Source: a virus. Taken from it: DNA of 64,000 nucleotides. Positions within the stretch are counted from its first letter, which is position 1. The number at the start of each line of letters is the position of its first letter. Positions 22,311-31,056 of this stretch are shown piece by piece. The translations under genes were made by a program, and so were the position numbers. The stretch lies in the IMG/VR virus record IMGVR_UViG_3300010399_000002, positions 1 to 64,000 of that record; one strand, written 5' to 3'. The notes below the pieces were generated by a model. It ran no database searches. It had not been told where the DNA came from and saw nothing but the letters and a program-made list of their open reading frames with translations.

Positions 22311-22364
22311 GTTACTCCATCCGGTCGGATCACTCAGAGAATGATCCGGCTGAAGGATTGTAAC
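22311..22364 (-). ncRNA. Intergenic hairpin/anti-SD element, copy 5
   Basis: Same consensus with a covarying upper stem. Confidence 0.85.
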
Positions 22365-23429
22365 CCTTACCGTGTCTTGATCTTCAGACCCGACTCGAGA
22401 GCCTCGCGCAGTGCCTTCGCAATTCGTCTGGCACCTCGTGTATCCCACATCCTGGTCTTTTTGTTGTACTGATATCCGTCGCAGTAACCGCCGAACACGT
22501 ATATGCCGGCGGCCTTACCTGATGGAACGATCTTGATCTCGAACTTGTAATGCTCGGTTGGTTTTCTCATGATCTCCTTTTCAAACCTTGTTGGTTGAGA
22601 TTGAACCTTTCACGACACTCCAACCGAAAGATGACCAACGACCTTCGGTTGGTCTCCACGACCTTTCGTTATGGGCGTAGGCTAATTCGATTGTAGGAGT
22701 CTCTTGCGCGTCTTCTTTGGACTCGGACGGGTAGCTCTTGACTACGATCTTGCTGACTGCTTCTTGCGTTGCAGGGTAGCATGAATCGTACCTGAGCATG
22801 TCCAAAGGGAAAGTGAATTTCCCGACCACTTTGAATCTCGTAATGTACATCATATGGCTTCGGCTTTCTCCTTTGCGGTATTGAGTAGCGATTGCAGCCT
22901 CGTGATCTCGTTCAGCAAGTCTTCTTTTCCCCACCTATAGTTTGGATTGTACTTGCCGGCCTCGAGAGCAACGTCGCGAAGAGAATTGGCTGCTGCACGC
23001 GTGCGCTGCTGCTTCTCAAGATAGGCTGTACGTTCTTCAAACGTTGCTTCATCCAATTGGTAATTGTGATAGCCAGAAGCACCTTGCAGCTTGCCGTCGG
23101 GACGAAACCGCATCGGCGATCCATCTCCGATCTTAACGTCGACGCAGCCACTCGGTGTTCTCTTGACTACCTCGCCTAGAGTGTAGTGAATATCGTGTCC
23201 GGTAAACCGAGCCAGATAAACTTGAGTCACTGAGCACCTCCCGATATAGCAACGAACACAGCGACGAATTGGTCTGGCTTCGGCATCTCCCACCGCAGAA
23301 TCTGCATGACCTTCCACGGCTTGCGCGCTGCGTCAAACCACGTGTCACCCTGCTTGGGGGCTCGCTTCTCGCCGGCTTTAAAAACTTGGGCTTTCATGGT
23401 TACTGCCTCCTTTTAATTGGTGGATTCTT

Positions 23430-23483
23430 GTCGTTCCATCCGGTCAGCCCACTCGCAGAATGGGCTGGCTGAAGGACTACGAC
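23430..23483 (-). ncRNA. Intergenic hairpin/anti-SD element, copy 6
   Basis: GUCGU-AG-UCC...U-GGA-ACGAC. Confidence 0.85.
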
Positions 23484-23934
23484 GCTTGCGGACTGTGCGC
23501 TGCGTGGCTTCGTATCCACGGCTGCGGCTTTTCCACTTTGGCTAGTGGAATAGTGAGGTCTCGACTTCCGATCTCGATCTTCAGCGACAGGAACGTCAAG
23601 TAACTTCGCTGATCTAGACAGTGGATCGTAGTCTCCGTCTTCAACAACTTGATGGCTTCGCGTCTCGTCATTGTCTCTCCTCAATTGGGATAAGTAACTT
23701 TCTTGTGAGGGAACTGGCCTGCCCAACTCTTAACTTCGTCTCGTAACTGAAGATACGACTCGTACTGCTGTCCACCTTTGAGGATCTCGCTATTTGTTCC
23801 GAACTGGACGATGCGCTCGAAGGCTTCGAACTTTTTCCACATGCGAGCTACCAACCTGTCGAACTGGATATCGTTCATGTCTGCTCCTTTTAGTCGTCGA
23901 TGTCTTTGCCGAAGTTGCTGGGATTGGAGTTATT

Positions 23935-23999
23935 AGGTTACTCCATCCGGCCAAACCACTCGCATTGCTGCGAATGATCTGACCAAAGGATTGTAACCT
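23935..23999 (-). ncRNA. Intergenic hairpin/anti-SD element, copy 7
   Basis: AGGUUAC-AA-UCC-19bp stem capped by a GCAA tetraloop. Confidence 0.85.
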
Positions 24000-24012
24000 G
24001 TTTCCCGTGCAG

Positions 24013-24710
24013 AGCATCTACTGAGCTGGCACGTAAGTGTTACTAAGTATGCAAGCTAGCTGTGGATGTCTTCGCGCTGGCTACCATTTGGAAACCTTTG
24101 GTCGCTTTCTCGTGGCCTTCTGTCGTAGAGTCAGCTTGGAGGACATCACGTTGCGTCACTCACTAGTGTACTAGTATAGAGTAGACCAGTCCGTTCAGTG
24201 CGCAGGGAACATAAGCAGAACCTGCAGGCATTTCCGACTCGGCTTGGACCAGATGAATCTTCGGTCTCGAACCATCGAGCGCTCGTCTTCGTTCAATCAC
24301 CATGGGTTGTGGTATTGAACCAGCGTCTGCTATTCGGTTTTCAAATGCGGCTGTTAACCGCGCTGTCCCTGTAGTACTAGTGAGATCCTGCGAGAGCTCA
24401 TACGGCGCTTCGCAAGTGGGGCATTCCCAGCGGTACCGACTGCAAACCTTGGAAGGCTCGCTTCATTAGGCACTTCAGTGCTGGTGGTTGAACCCTTGAC
24501 TCTCAAGAACCCTTGGGGAGCTCAGCGTTGAATAGCGCTGCGAGATCCGGTAAAGCTTCTCGCCTCCGTAGAAGGAGCCAAACCAAACGAAAACGTAGTC
24601 GGTGGTTGCGAAGGTATAACCGGCGTTGGTCCCTCGGGGCGCCTGGCACTTTGGCCCCTTCGCGTATTCGGTTGGTTGGTTTGCTATTCGCTTCATCACA
24701 GTAGAACACT
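24013..24710 (-). ncRNA. Putative ~700-nt highly structured non-coding RNA
   Basis: No credible CDS; 5' and 3' ends pair; many nested long-range helices; TATACT box 7 nt upstream. Confidence 0.7.
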
Positions 24711-24717
24711 ATAGGAT

Positions 24718-24723
24718 AGTATA
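24718..24723 (-). promoter_or_regulatory. -10 element (TATACT) of the putative early promoter
   Basis: Lies 7 nt upstream of the first base of the terminal stem; no canonical -35 at 17 bp. Confidence 0.45.
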
Positions 24724-25045
24724 GGATAGGGATAGAAAGGGGGCTTTGGGGAACTTTATTTTCACTTTGTTTTCAATCACTTACAAGAAACACCCCTTGC
24801 ACGGTGCCCTCGTAAACCCTTTAGAACGTTGGGTTTACACGGGGTCTCAGAAGCCAAAAATGGGGATTTTTGGAGCTTCGGTGGGTCCTACGCGGCCGGT
24901 GGTAGTGGTAGGAAACGGCAAACGGACGCGGTACAAGAGCTGCTACGGGGTAGTTTTCGCGGCGGTGGGGTAAGGGAAAGGACCCTGAACAAATATCCAA
25001 CTTGGGGCTTGACACTCGGCCCCTTTTCCCCTTTCACTTTGGGAG

Positions 25046-25711
25046 TCAACGCATCTTGAGAAACTTATGCCACTGGCAGGTTAACATCCAATCCGGTCGC
25101 TGACGCAGGATCTCGATGACTCGACTGTGGTCTCCATCTGAATCCCCAACGCTGTTTATAGCTGAAAGATAGACGGGTATACCTTCGGGCCCAGCGTTGA
25201 CGATTCGGTCTGCATCCTCGAGACGGAAGTTCTTTCCCACCAGGAACTTCCATTCGTTAACCCAGACGGCGTTCTCGTACAGGAACCCTTGCTTGGGCGA
25301 GCACGTGATCCAACAGCGTTCTCCGACAGCGTCTGGAATCTTGAGAGTGCCGCTTGTCTCGATATGGATACCCGCCTCCGGCACAGCATCGATCAGCGGC
25401 TGTAGATCGTACAGGAACGGCTCGCCACCTGTGATAGATACCCAGGCAAGTCTGAAGTACTGGAAAATCTCTTCGGGCGTCATCTTCTTTGACTGGTGGT
25501 AGTTTGTGTCACAAAGAAACGCATCGCCACAGGCTGTACGACAGATGGAGTGCTTGGGATTCACTTCTCGCAGTACTCGCAGCTCGGGATCTTCGGGCGT
25601 CTCGTATCTCCCGACGTTGCACGCAGCTAGACGGACGAAAAACATAAGAGCTCCACAGTGTGTTGCTTCACCCTGAATTGATTCAAACGTCTCTGCGATA
25701 GGATATCTCAC
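25046..25711 (-). CDS. queE: 7-carboxy-7-deazaguanine synthase (radical SAM)
   Basis: IAETFESIQGE, FVRLAAC...CDT, ITGGEP, IETSG, TCSPK, QWHKFL. Confidence 0.92.
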   Translation of the reverse strand: MRYPIAETFESIQGEATHCGALMFFVRLAACNVGRYETPEDPELRVLREVNPKHSICRTACGDAFLCDTNYHQSKKMTPEEIFQYFRLAWVSITGGEPFLYDLQPLIDAVPEAGIHIETSGTLKIPDAVGERCWITCSPKQGFLYENAVWVNEWKFLVGKNFRLEDADRIVNAGPEGIPVYLSAINSVGDSDGDHSRVIEILRQRPDWMLTCQWHKFLKMR

Positions 25712-26562
25712 AGTTGAGACCTCACTTTTCTTACAACCTTAACTGTATCCGATAACTCCGACTCCCAAATTACGATTGCCTTATAGCCGTGATCTCGAAA
25801 GTGCTTGATTCGTTCTTTCTCTTCTGCTTGTCTGGACTGTCCTGTGATCAACGGACCGTGCCAATAGTTTCCAAACAACTCGATTACAACTCGACTATGC
25901 CTCGAAACAAAATCTGGCAACTTGCCGCCTACAACAAGTCCGCCTTTGATGTTTAACTTGAACTTGCCTGGAAAGTTACCTTTTAACAAACGCCAAAGAG
26001 CCTTCTCACATCCGTTTGGACGAGACAATCTAGCTCGTGTGTTAGCAGCCTTGTTTGCTAACAGAAGTCTTGTACTAGGCTTACGAAGAGACTTTGATAG
26101 GTTCAAGCAATGTTCTAGTGTTCTTGGTGGACGTTTGTAACCTTTTAACCTTTTTGAAATAGCTGCTCGTTGCTTATCTGTAACGACTCTCTTCGGCTTG
26201 CAGGCTAAATATTTAGCCCTAAGAACTGGGTCGGCCCACCTGAGCTTGGCTGCAGCTGATATCTTTGCATTACGAATGGGAGATCTTGCAGCTGCAAGAT
26301 GACGACTTTTAAACTTTGGATCTTTTCGATACCTACTGCGAAGCCTTTTTGAAAGACGTTTGCGTACTACACGCGGCATGAAGTCGTTGCCATTCTTAAT
26401 CCTGGTAGCTTTCCTTTTTGCTGCTACCTCAACACTGCGTAATACACCTCCTTCTACCCAAAGACTTTTTACATGTCTCCTATTTGCCTCTATACGCCTT
26501 GGATCTTGAAAAGCCGCCTTAACAGCGGCGGATATCTTTGGGTACCTTACGGGCTTCTTCAT
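25708..26562 (-). CDS. Free-standing putative homing endonuclease (Vsr/DUF559-like)
   Basis: W.DP..R repeats; PNGCE...PDFV...VIELFGNYWHG...GYKAIVIWE. Confidence 0.8.
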   Translation of the reverse strand: MKKPVRYPKISAAVKAAFQDPRRIEANRRHVKSLWVEGGVLRSVEVAAKRKATRIKNGNDFMPRVVRKRLSKRLRSRYRKDPKFKSRHLAAARSPIRNAKISAAAKLRWADPVLRAKYLACKPKRVVTDKQRAAISKRLKGYKRPPRTLEHCLNLSKSLRKPSTRLLLANKAANTRARLSRPNGCEKALWRLLKGNFPGKFKLNIKGGLVVGGKLPDFVSRHSRVVIELFGNYWHGPLITGQSRQAEEKERIKHFRDHGYKAIVIWESELSDTVKVVRKVRSQL

Positions 26563-26564
26563 AA

Positions 26565-27017
26565 CTACACCTCCCAACGAGCTTCCGAAGTGCAAGTCTC
26601 TTTTAGCGACACACGAGACAGATAGTGCTTGTACTTTGCTCCGATCTCCGTGCCCAACAACGGACGCAGAATGTCCACAAAGCGCAGCACCAAATTCTCA
26701 CTTGAAGGATAAAACCCGTCACCTAGAATTTCTGGCACATAATAGATAACATCCTGACCTTCACCTTCGGCCTCAAGTGAACTCAATGGCCACGGACCAA
26801 GATGTTGATGGTCGAGATGATCTATAATAGCCTCATCTACAATTTTCTTCAGATCTCCGTAGTCCATTACAAAACCCGTCTCAGGATCTACGTCGCCTTC
26901 GACAGATACAAATAATACCCAATCGTGTCCGTGAAGCCGTGAACATTTTCCTTTGTGCTTAGGCAGCACGTGACTAGCATGAAAATTTCTCTCACAAGTT
27001 ATCTCGACTACACTCAT
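26565..27017 (-). CDS. queD: 6-carboxy-5,6,7,8-tetrahydropterin synthase
   Basis: FHASH, KCSRLHGH, VMDYGDLK, LDHQHL, PSSENL. Confidence 0.92.
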   Translation of the reverse strand: MSVVEITCERNFHASHVLPKHKGKCSRLHGHDWVLFVSVEGDVDPETGFVMDYGDLKKIVDEAIIDHLDHQHLGPWPLSSLEAEGEGQDVIYYVPEILGDGFYPSSENLVLRFVDILRPLLGTEIGAKYKHYLSRVSLKETCTSEARWEV

Positions 27018-27027
27018 TCCTCACCCC

Positions 27028-27534
27028 CTAGAAAAACGTTTGTACTCCGTAGACACAGATTAAAATACTTTCGGCGCGCCCATGGTCTTTCTTGCGTCGC
27101 AACTTGTCTGACCACTTAGGATATAACCGGATGGCTTCTCGAACAGATGCCTCTTTGTCCGCCTCTTGTTTTCCTACGCCGAGCATGGCCTTCTTCCACC
27201 GCTGCGGTGAAACCCATTCCAGTCTGTAGCCTAGAGCTGTGATTATACCTTCCCAGATGCCGAGACCGTGGCCCATAAGGAACATGCTGTGGACTCCCTG
27301 GTTTGGAAGACTGTGTACACGCTCGAGAACCGCTACTGTGTTCTTGGGTAAATTCTGTATCGTCCAAACCATAGCTGACGTTACGAACTGCCTGCGTGTC
27401 TTGCGTCCTTTCTTGACCTTTACCGTAGGAGTGTCTGCGACTAACACAGGACTCCACTTGTTATCTACAAAACGCATGATGGTAACGGCGCCGCTCAAAC
27501 CTGGATCGATGCCGACACAGTATCTTGGTCTCAA
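27028..27534 (-). CDS. ruvC: RuvC-like Holliday junction resolvase
   Basis: VGIDPGLSGA, VLERV, PQRWKK, KDHGRAESILI. Confidence 0.85.
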   Translation of the reverse strand: MRPRYCVGIDPGLSGAVTIMRFVDNKWSPVLVADTPTVKVKKGRKTRRQFVTSAMVWTIQNLPKNTVAVLERVHSLPNQGVHSMFLMGHGLGIWEGIITALGYRLEWVSPQRWKKAMLGVGKQEADKEASVREAIRLYPKWSDKLRRKKDHGRAESILICVYGVQTFF

Positions 27535-27980
27535 CGTACAGCCTCGTATCGCGTTATTCGATCTTCGAGCACCTGCCCGTTCTCGCCGTAAAGCTTGTAC
27601 GGATGGACAGATGACTTTACACGTTCTACCAAGTTCTCGATGATGCTCTTGCGAGAGTCGGACACAAAAATATGAAAAACGTCCCCGACTTCAATCAAAG
27701 ACGCGTGGCGTGCAACGTACGCACTAATATAACTATCTTGGTCTCCGCCTTGGAACCACACCTTGAACTCAAAAAACGGAACACCGTACGTAGCACAAGT
27801 AGCCTTTACGACAGCGCCTATACCCGAATCGCTTCCGATGGAGCACACGCGTACCTGATCGAGCATAGCTGACTGTTGCATTTCTTCGATCAGATCTCGT
27901 ACAGTTACAGAACATGGATCATCTGGTTCGGGATGCTTCCAAGCCTTACTGCGCCATCCAACTATGACCACCGTTCTCAA
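27531..27980 (-). CDS. SLOG/YspA-like protein
   Basis: N-terminal VVIVGWRS, GSDSGIG, YVARHASLI pattern. Confidence 0.45.
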   Translation of the reverse strand: MRTVVIVGWRSKAWKHPEPDDPCSVTVRDLIEEMQQSAMLDQVRVCSIGSDSGIGAVVKATCATYGVPFFEFKVWFQGGDQDSYISAYVARHASLIEVGDVFHIFVSDSRKSIIENLVERVKSSVHPYKLYGENGQVLEDRITRYEAVR

Positions 27981-27981
27981 G

Positions 27982-28965
27982 TTATCTCCTCCCCCGACGA
28001 ACTAGTCTGGACACGATTCCATCATGAATAAGCGTTGGCGAATAGTTCACACACTTCGCACACTCGTCCTTGAACAAACCTATGCGCATGAGTTCTTGCA
28101 TATCCTTCACCTTCGGACCTTCCCAGATCTCTTTGAGACTTTGCTCATGAAGATTGCCGTAATAATTCACTGTCTCTTTCTTGGGCTCGAAAATGTAACA
28201 ACACGATACCACATCTCCATCCTGCGTTACGGATACACTCGTGAACGGATTCAAACAGAAGCCGGCATGGGTTGGAACCTCTTCTGGCTGCCGACCTTGC
28301 ATGATACCAAAAGAATCTTGCACCGTTCTTATTGTAGCAAACCTATCCCAACCACGTTCTTGCATCAACACAGCAAGGGCCTCAACGTCACCAGAACCTT
28401 TCACTAGGTCAGTACATACCAATTGAAGCTCGATGAATGGTCTGTTCTCAACTGGTGTACCAACTAACGAATTGAAAAAGTAGTGCAAACTTGCTAACAG
28501 ATCATTCAACTTAGCTGGATACCGCATCTTGTGGTATACGTCTGGATCAACACTGTCGACTGAAATAGTCAGGGCATCGAGTAGCATCAAATCTTGTGTG
28601 ACTGTACTGCTCTCACGCCTCTTCTGCATGTTCAATCCGTGAGTACTCAAACCTACCATAAGACCTACGGTCTTTTGTAGATACCGTATGAAGTCTCGCA
28701 ACCTAGGGTGCATGGTAGGTTCTCCGGCTTGTTGTAATTCGATATACGATGAACCTTCGAAGTCTCCACGCTTGTACATGGTCTCGAGCAACTCAAACGG
28801 AAACAACCGTGGCTGGCGTTCTAGATTTGTTGTACGCAGGCACATGGGACACGCCAGATCACAAGCTGCTGTCAACTCGATCTGATAGATTGACGGTAGC
28901 CGTTTGTACGGTTCACCTTTTGCTTGCAGATATGCCTCTTGGCCGACGATTGGAAATGTTGTCAT
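27982..28965 (-). CDS. Radical SAM protein with SPASM/twitch domain
   Basis: CDLACPMC, GEPTMHP, CLNPF..V.VTQDGDVVSCC...GNL....L.EIW...CAKC. Confidence 0.9.
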   Translation of the reverse strand: MTTFPIVGQEAYLQAKGEPYKRLPSIYQIELTAACDLACPMCLRTTNLERQPRLFPFELLETMYKRGDFEGSSYIELQQAGEPTMHPRLRDFIRYLQKTVGLMVGLSTHGLNMQKRRESSTVTQDLMLLDALTISVDSVDPDVYHKMRYPAKLNDLLASLHYFFNSLVGTPVENRPFIELQLVCTDLVKGSGDVEALAVLMQERGWDRFATIRTVQDSFGIMQGRQPEEVPTHAGFCLNPFTSVSVTQDGDVVSCCYIFEPKKETVNYYGNLHEQSLKEIWEGPKVKDMQELMRIGLFKDECAKCVNYSPTLIHDGIVSRLVRRGRR

Positions 28966-29339
28966 ACTTGCGCTCCTTCTGGTACTGGTGTAGCATTGAA
29001 CTTGATGTCCATGTACGTATGATCTTCGTAACTCAACTTAACAAACTGCGTCTCGGCGCATCGTTCACAGAAATAGACATTGTAATACAAACGCCTACGC
29101 GCACCGCTACCTGCCAAGCAATTGTCTGTATCTTTGTAACCCACACCTTGATACACGAACTTATGAGGATGGTCTGTCATGACCTCACCTTTATGCCGTT
29201 GGTCTTACCTAACACCCAACGCAACAGTTCTTCTTCGTGCTTATAGAATGAATACGTAGTACGATATCTGCCCACATGCTGTGGATTCAAACGCATGGCC
29301 TCTTCGGCCTCCGCAACCTTCTGCACTGCGGTATCCAAC

Positions 29340-30629
29340 CTACTCCGAATCTCGATCTCTGTTCTCAACTTGATCACCTATCGGTGCTGGCTGACCTTTG
29401 AACTCAATCTTGTGTCCAGACACCCGTTCTAATATCCCTCGCTGCATAGCTGAATGCAAACTCTCAACTGCTGGAACCTTGAAACCCATGGTCTGCAGCA
29501 TACGCTGAACACTATCTTCGTATTTCTGATAGATCCAAGTATAGCTGTCCGGAGGACTGTCCAACAACTCGTACAGCTTGTTCTTGGCATCCTGCACATC
29601 TTTAAACTGGTCGGTCTTGTACAAATGCCGTTCATTGTGATGTAACGCATCTGGAAACGTTAACCTGTGTGGATACAGAGGAGCTGCTCCGTAGTACGCG
29701 GCCTCGAGCAACGTATAGCTAACGAAGTCTTGCAGCGCACAGTTGAACTGTACGTGTGCTTTGTTCAGAATACTATAATACCCGGCCTTCCTTAAACTTG
29801 TTGCTATTACAAATCTGTTGGTATACGTCTCGGCCATCTTAGCTGCTCTGATAAGCAAGGACTGGTCATTGCTCTTTAACTCGGATTGGCCTGTACACAC
29901 GATGAACCTAACGTCGGGACGTTCTTGCAAAACGTAGTTCGCCAACGACATGAAGAAATCTGGATCTTTCTCTTTGTCCCATCGAGAACTGAATACAACG
30001 GTCTTGTAGTCTGCGTACTTTCTTGGACTGAATGGATGAATTGACTCCAGTACAGACGAATCGAACACTGTACCCACAGCTTGTGCTTTGTCACTTGCAT
30101 AAGGCACAATGCCTCCATATCTCAGCATTTTAACTAGCTCTGGTGCTGCGGTGAAAACTCCGTTCAAAGCAATTGCAATCCCTCTTTCAAACTTGCGCAT
30201 CCACCAGGCCATGGGTGCTGTAAAGTCGTTTGGGTCTACGCTCTGTGCGTGACAGAACGCGTACATGGGTACCCAGTTCTTTTGATCCGGGCCGAACTTG
30301 AGTGACTGGCAATACGGCAACATCTCGAAACCAGGTGTCCAGAAGTCTTCCCAATAGACAACGTCTCGTCCAGGTTGAATGTAACCCTTTTCGATACCTG
30401 CCATTACCTGCAGCACTTGATTGAATCCCCACTTTGTCCGTTCACAAGTGTCCATGACCACACCTGACTTGATAGTGCGAACTACCTCGTCTGGACGGTA
30501 GACCCCGAACTCAATGCCATTGTGCTTCAAGCGTCTCTCAAACATTCCGTCCTGTTTACTCACAACCTCAGTCCATCGGGACGTGTACTGTTCACATGGA
30601 CAGTAGATCAATCGTTCTGGCATTACCAA
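29340..30629 (-). CDS. GT-B fold (GT4-like) glycosyltransferase
   Basis: VVFSSRWDKEKDPDFF, FNCALQDFVSYTLLEA..YGAAPLYP. Confidence 0.8.
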   Translation of the reverse strand: MVMPERLIYCPCEQYTSRWTEVVSKQDGMFERRLKHNGIEFGVYRPDEVVRTIKSGVVMDTCERTKWGFNQVLQVMAGIEKGYIQPGRDVVYWEDFWTPGFEMLPYCQSLKFGPDQKNWVPMYAFCHAQSVDPNDFTAPMAWWMRKFERGIAIALNGVFTAAPELVKMLRYGGIVPYASDKAQAVGTVFDSSVLESIHPFSPRKYADYKTVVFSSRWDKEKDPDFFMSLANYVLQERPDVRFIVCTGQSELKSNDQSLLIRAAKMAETYTNRFVIATSLRKAGYYSILNKAHVQFNCALQDFVSYTLLEAAYYGAAPLYPHRLTFPDALHHNERHLYKTDQFKDVQDAKNKLYELLDSPPDSYTWIYQKYEDSVQRMLQTMGFKVPAVESLHSAMQRGILERVSGHKIEFKGQPAPIGDQVENRDRDSE

Positions 30630-30823
30630 CCTCGCTCCCGTCGTAACTTGGCTGAACTCACCTTGTACTCCTTATGCCACTTGAACAACAACTTACGAAA
30701 ATTGTTGGAGATCTTTCCGTGACCGATATCCTCTACGGCTACCTTGGTCAACAGTCTATCTAAAAGCTTTGCAGCCTCGTGCTGCAACTCCATCTCAGTC
30801 TCATCGTACAACGGCATAATCTT

Positions 30824-31048
30824 TTACTCCGAATCACTCGGAGCCTCCATGAATCTAGCACACGCCTTGGCGTTCAAAATCTGCTCGTCGTTTGCATGGT
30901 TCATCCCCAACTCAATACGCCTCTCAATCCACGCTCGAATTGCATACGGAGCTGCAGGATCTCTTTCCAAAAGTACAAACAACATCTCATCATCCTTGGC
31001 CTTGTTCCAGCAACTGTTTGGAACTTCCCTTTCGTTAAATTTCTTCAT
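30824..31048 (-). CDS. Small hypothetical phage protein, possibly leaderless
   Basis: DDEMLFVLLERDPAAP; GGTATAAT 7 nt before ATG. Confidence 0.65.
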   Translation of the reverse strand: MKKFNEREVPNSCWNKAKDDEMLFVLLERDPAAPYAIRAWIERRIELGMNHANDEQILNAKACARFMEAPSDSE

Positions 31049-31056
31049 GATCTTGA

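Larger units (their letters stand above)
20984..23878 (-). other. Early-type small hypothetical genes (20984-21202, 21199-~21402, 21404-~21880, 21880-22095, ~22099-22278, 22367-22570, 22581-~22850, 22850-~23230, ~23227-23397, 23477-23671, 23681-23878)
   Basis: Tiled minus-strand ORFs with strong SDs. Confidence 0.65.

Noticed and set aside
15492-23999. Repeated hairpins as a CRISPR array or Rho-independent terminators
   Set aside because: Separated by whole genes rather than ~30-bp spacers, no cas genes, and no U-tract after the stems on the coding strand
24475-24709. Minus-strand ORFs 24475-24699 and 24503-24709
   Set aside because: No SD and no motif, and the sequence is occupied by extensive RNA pairing; a short leaderless peptide cannot be fully excluded
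30824-31048. Possible anti-defence sponge protein
   Set aside because: Does not match the Tad1, Tad2 or Acb2 sequences I can recall; no positive evidence
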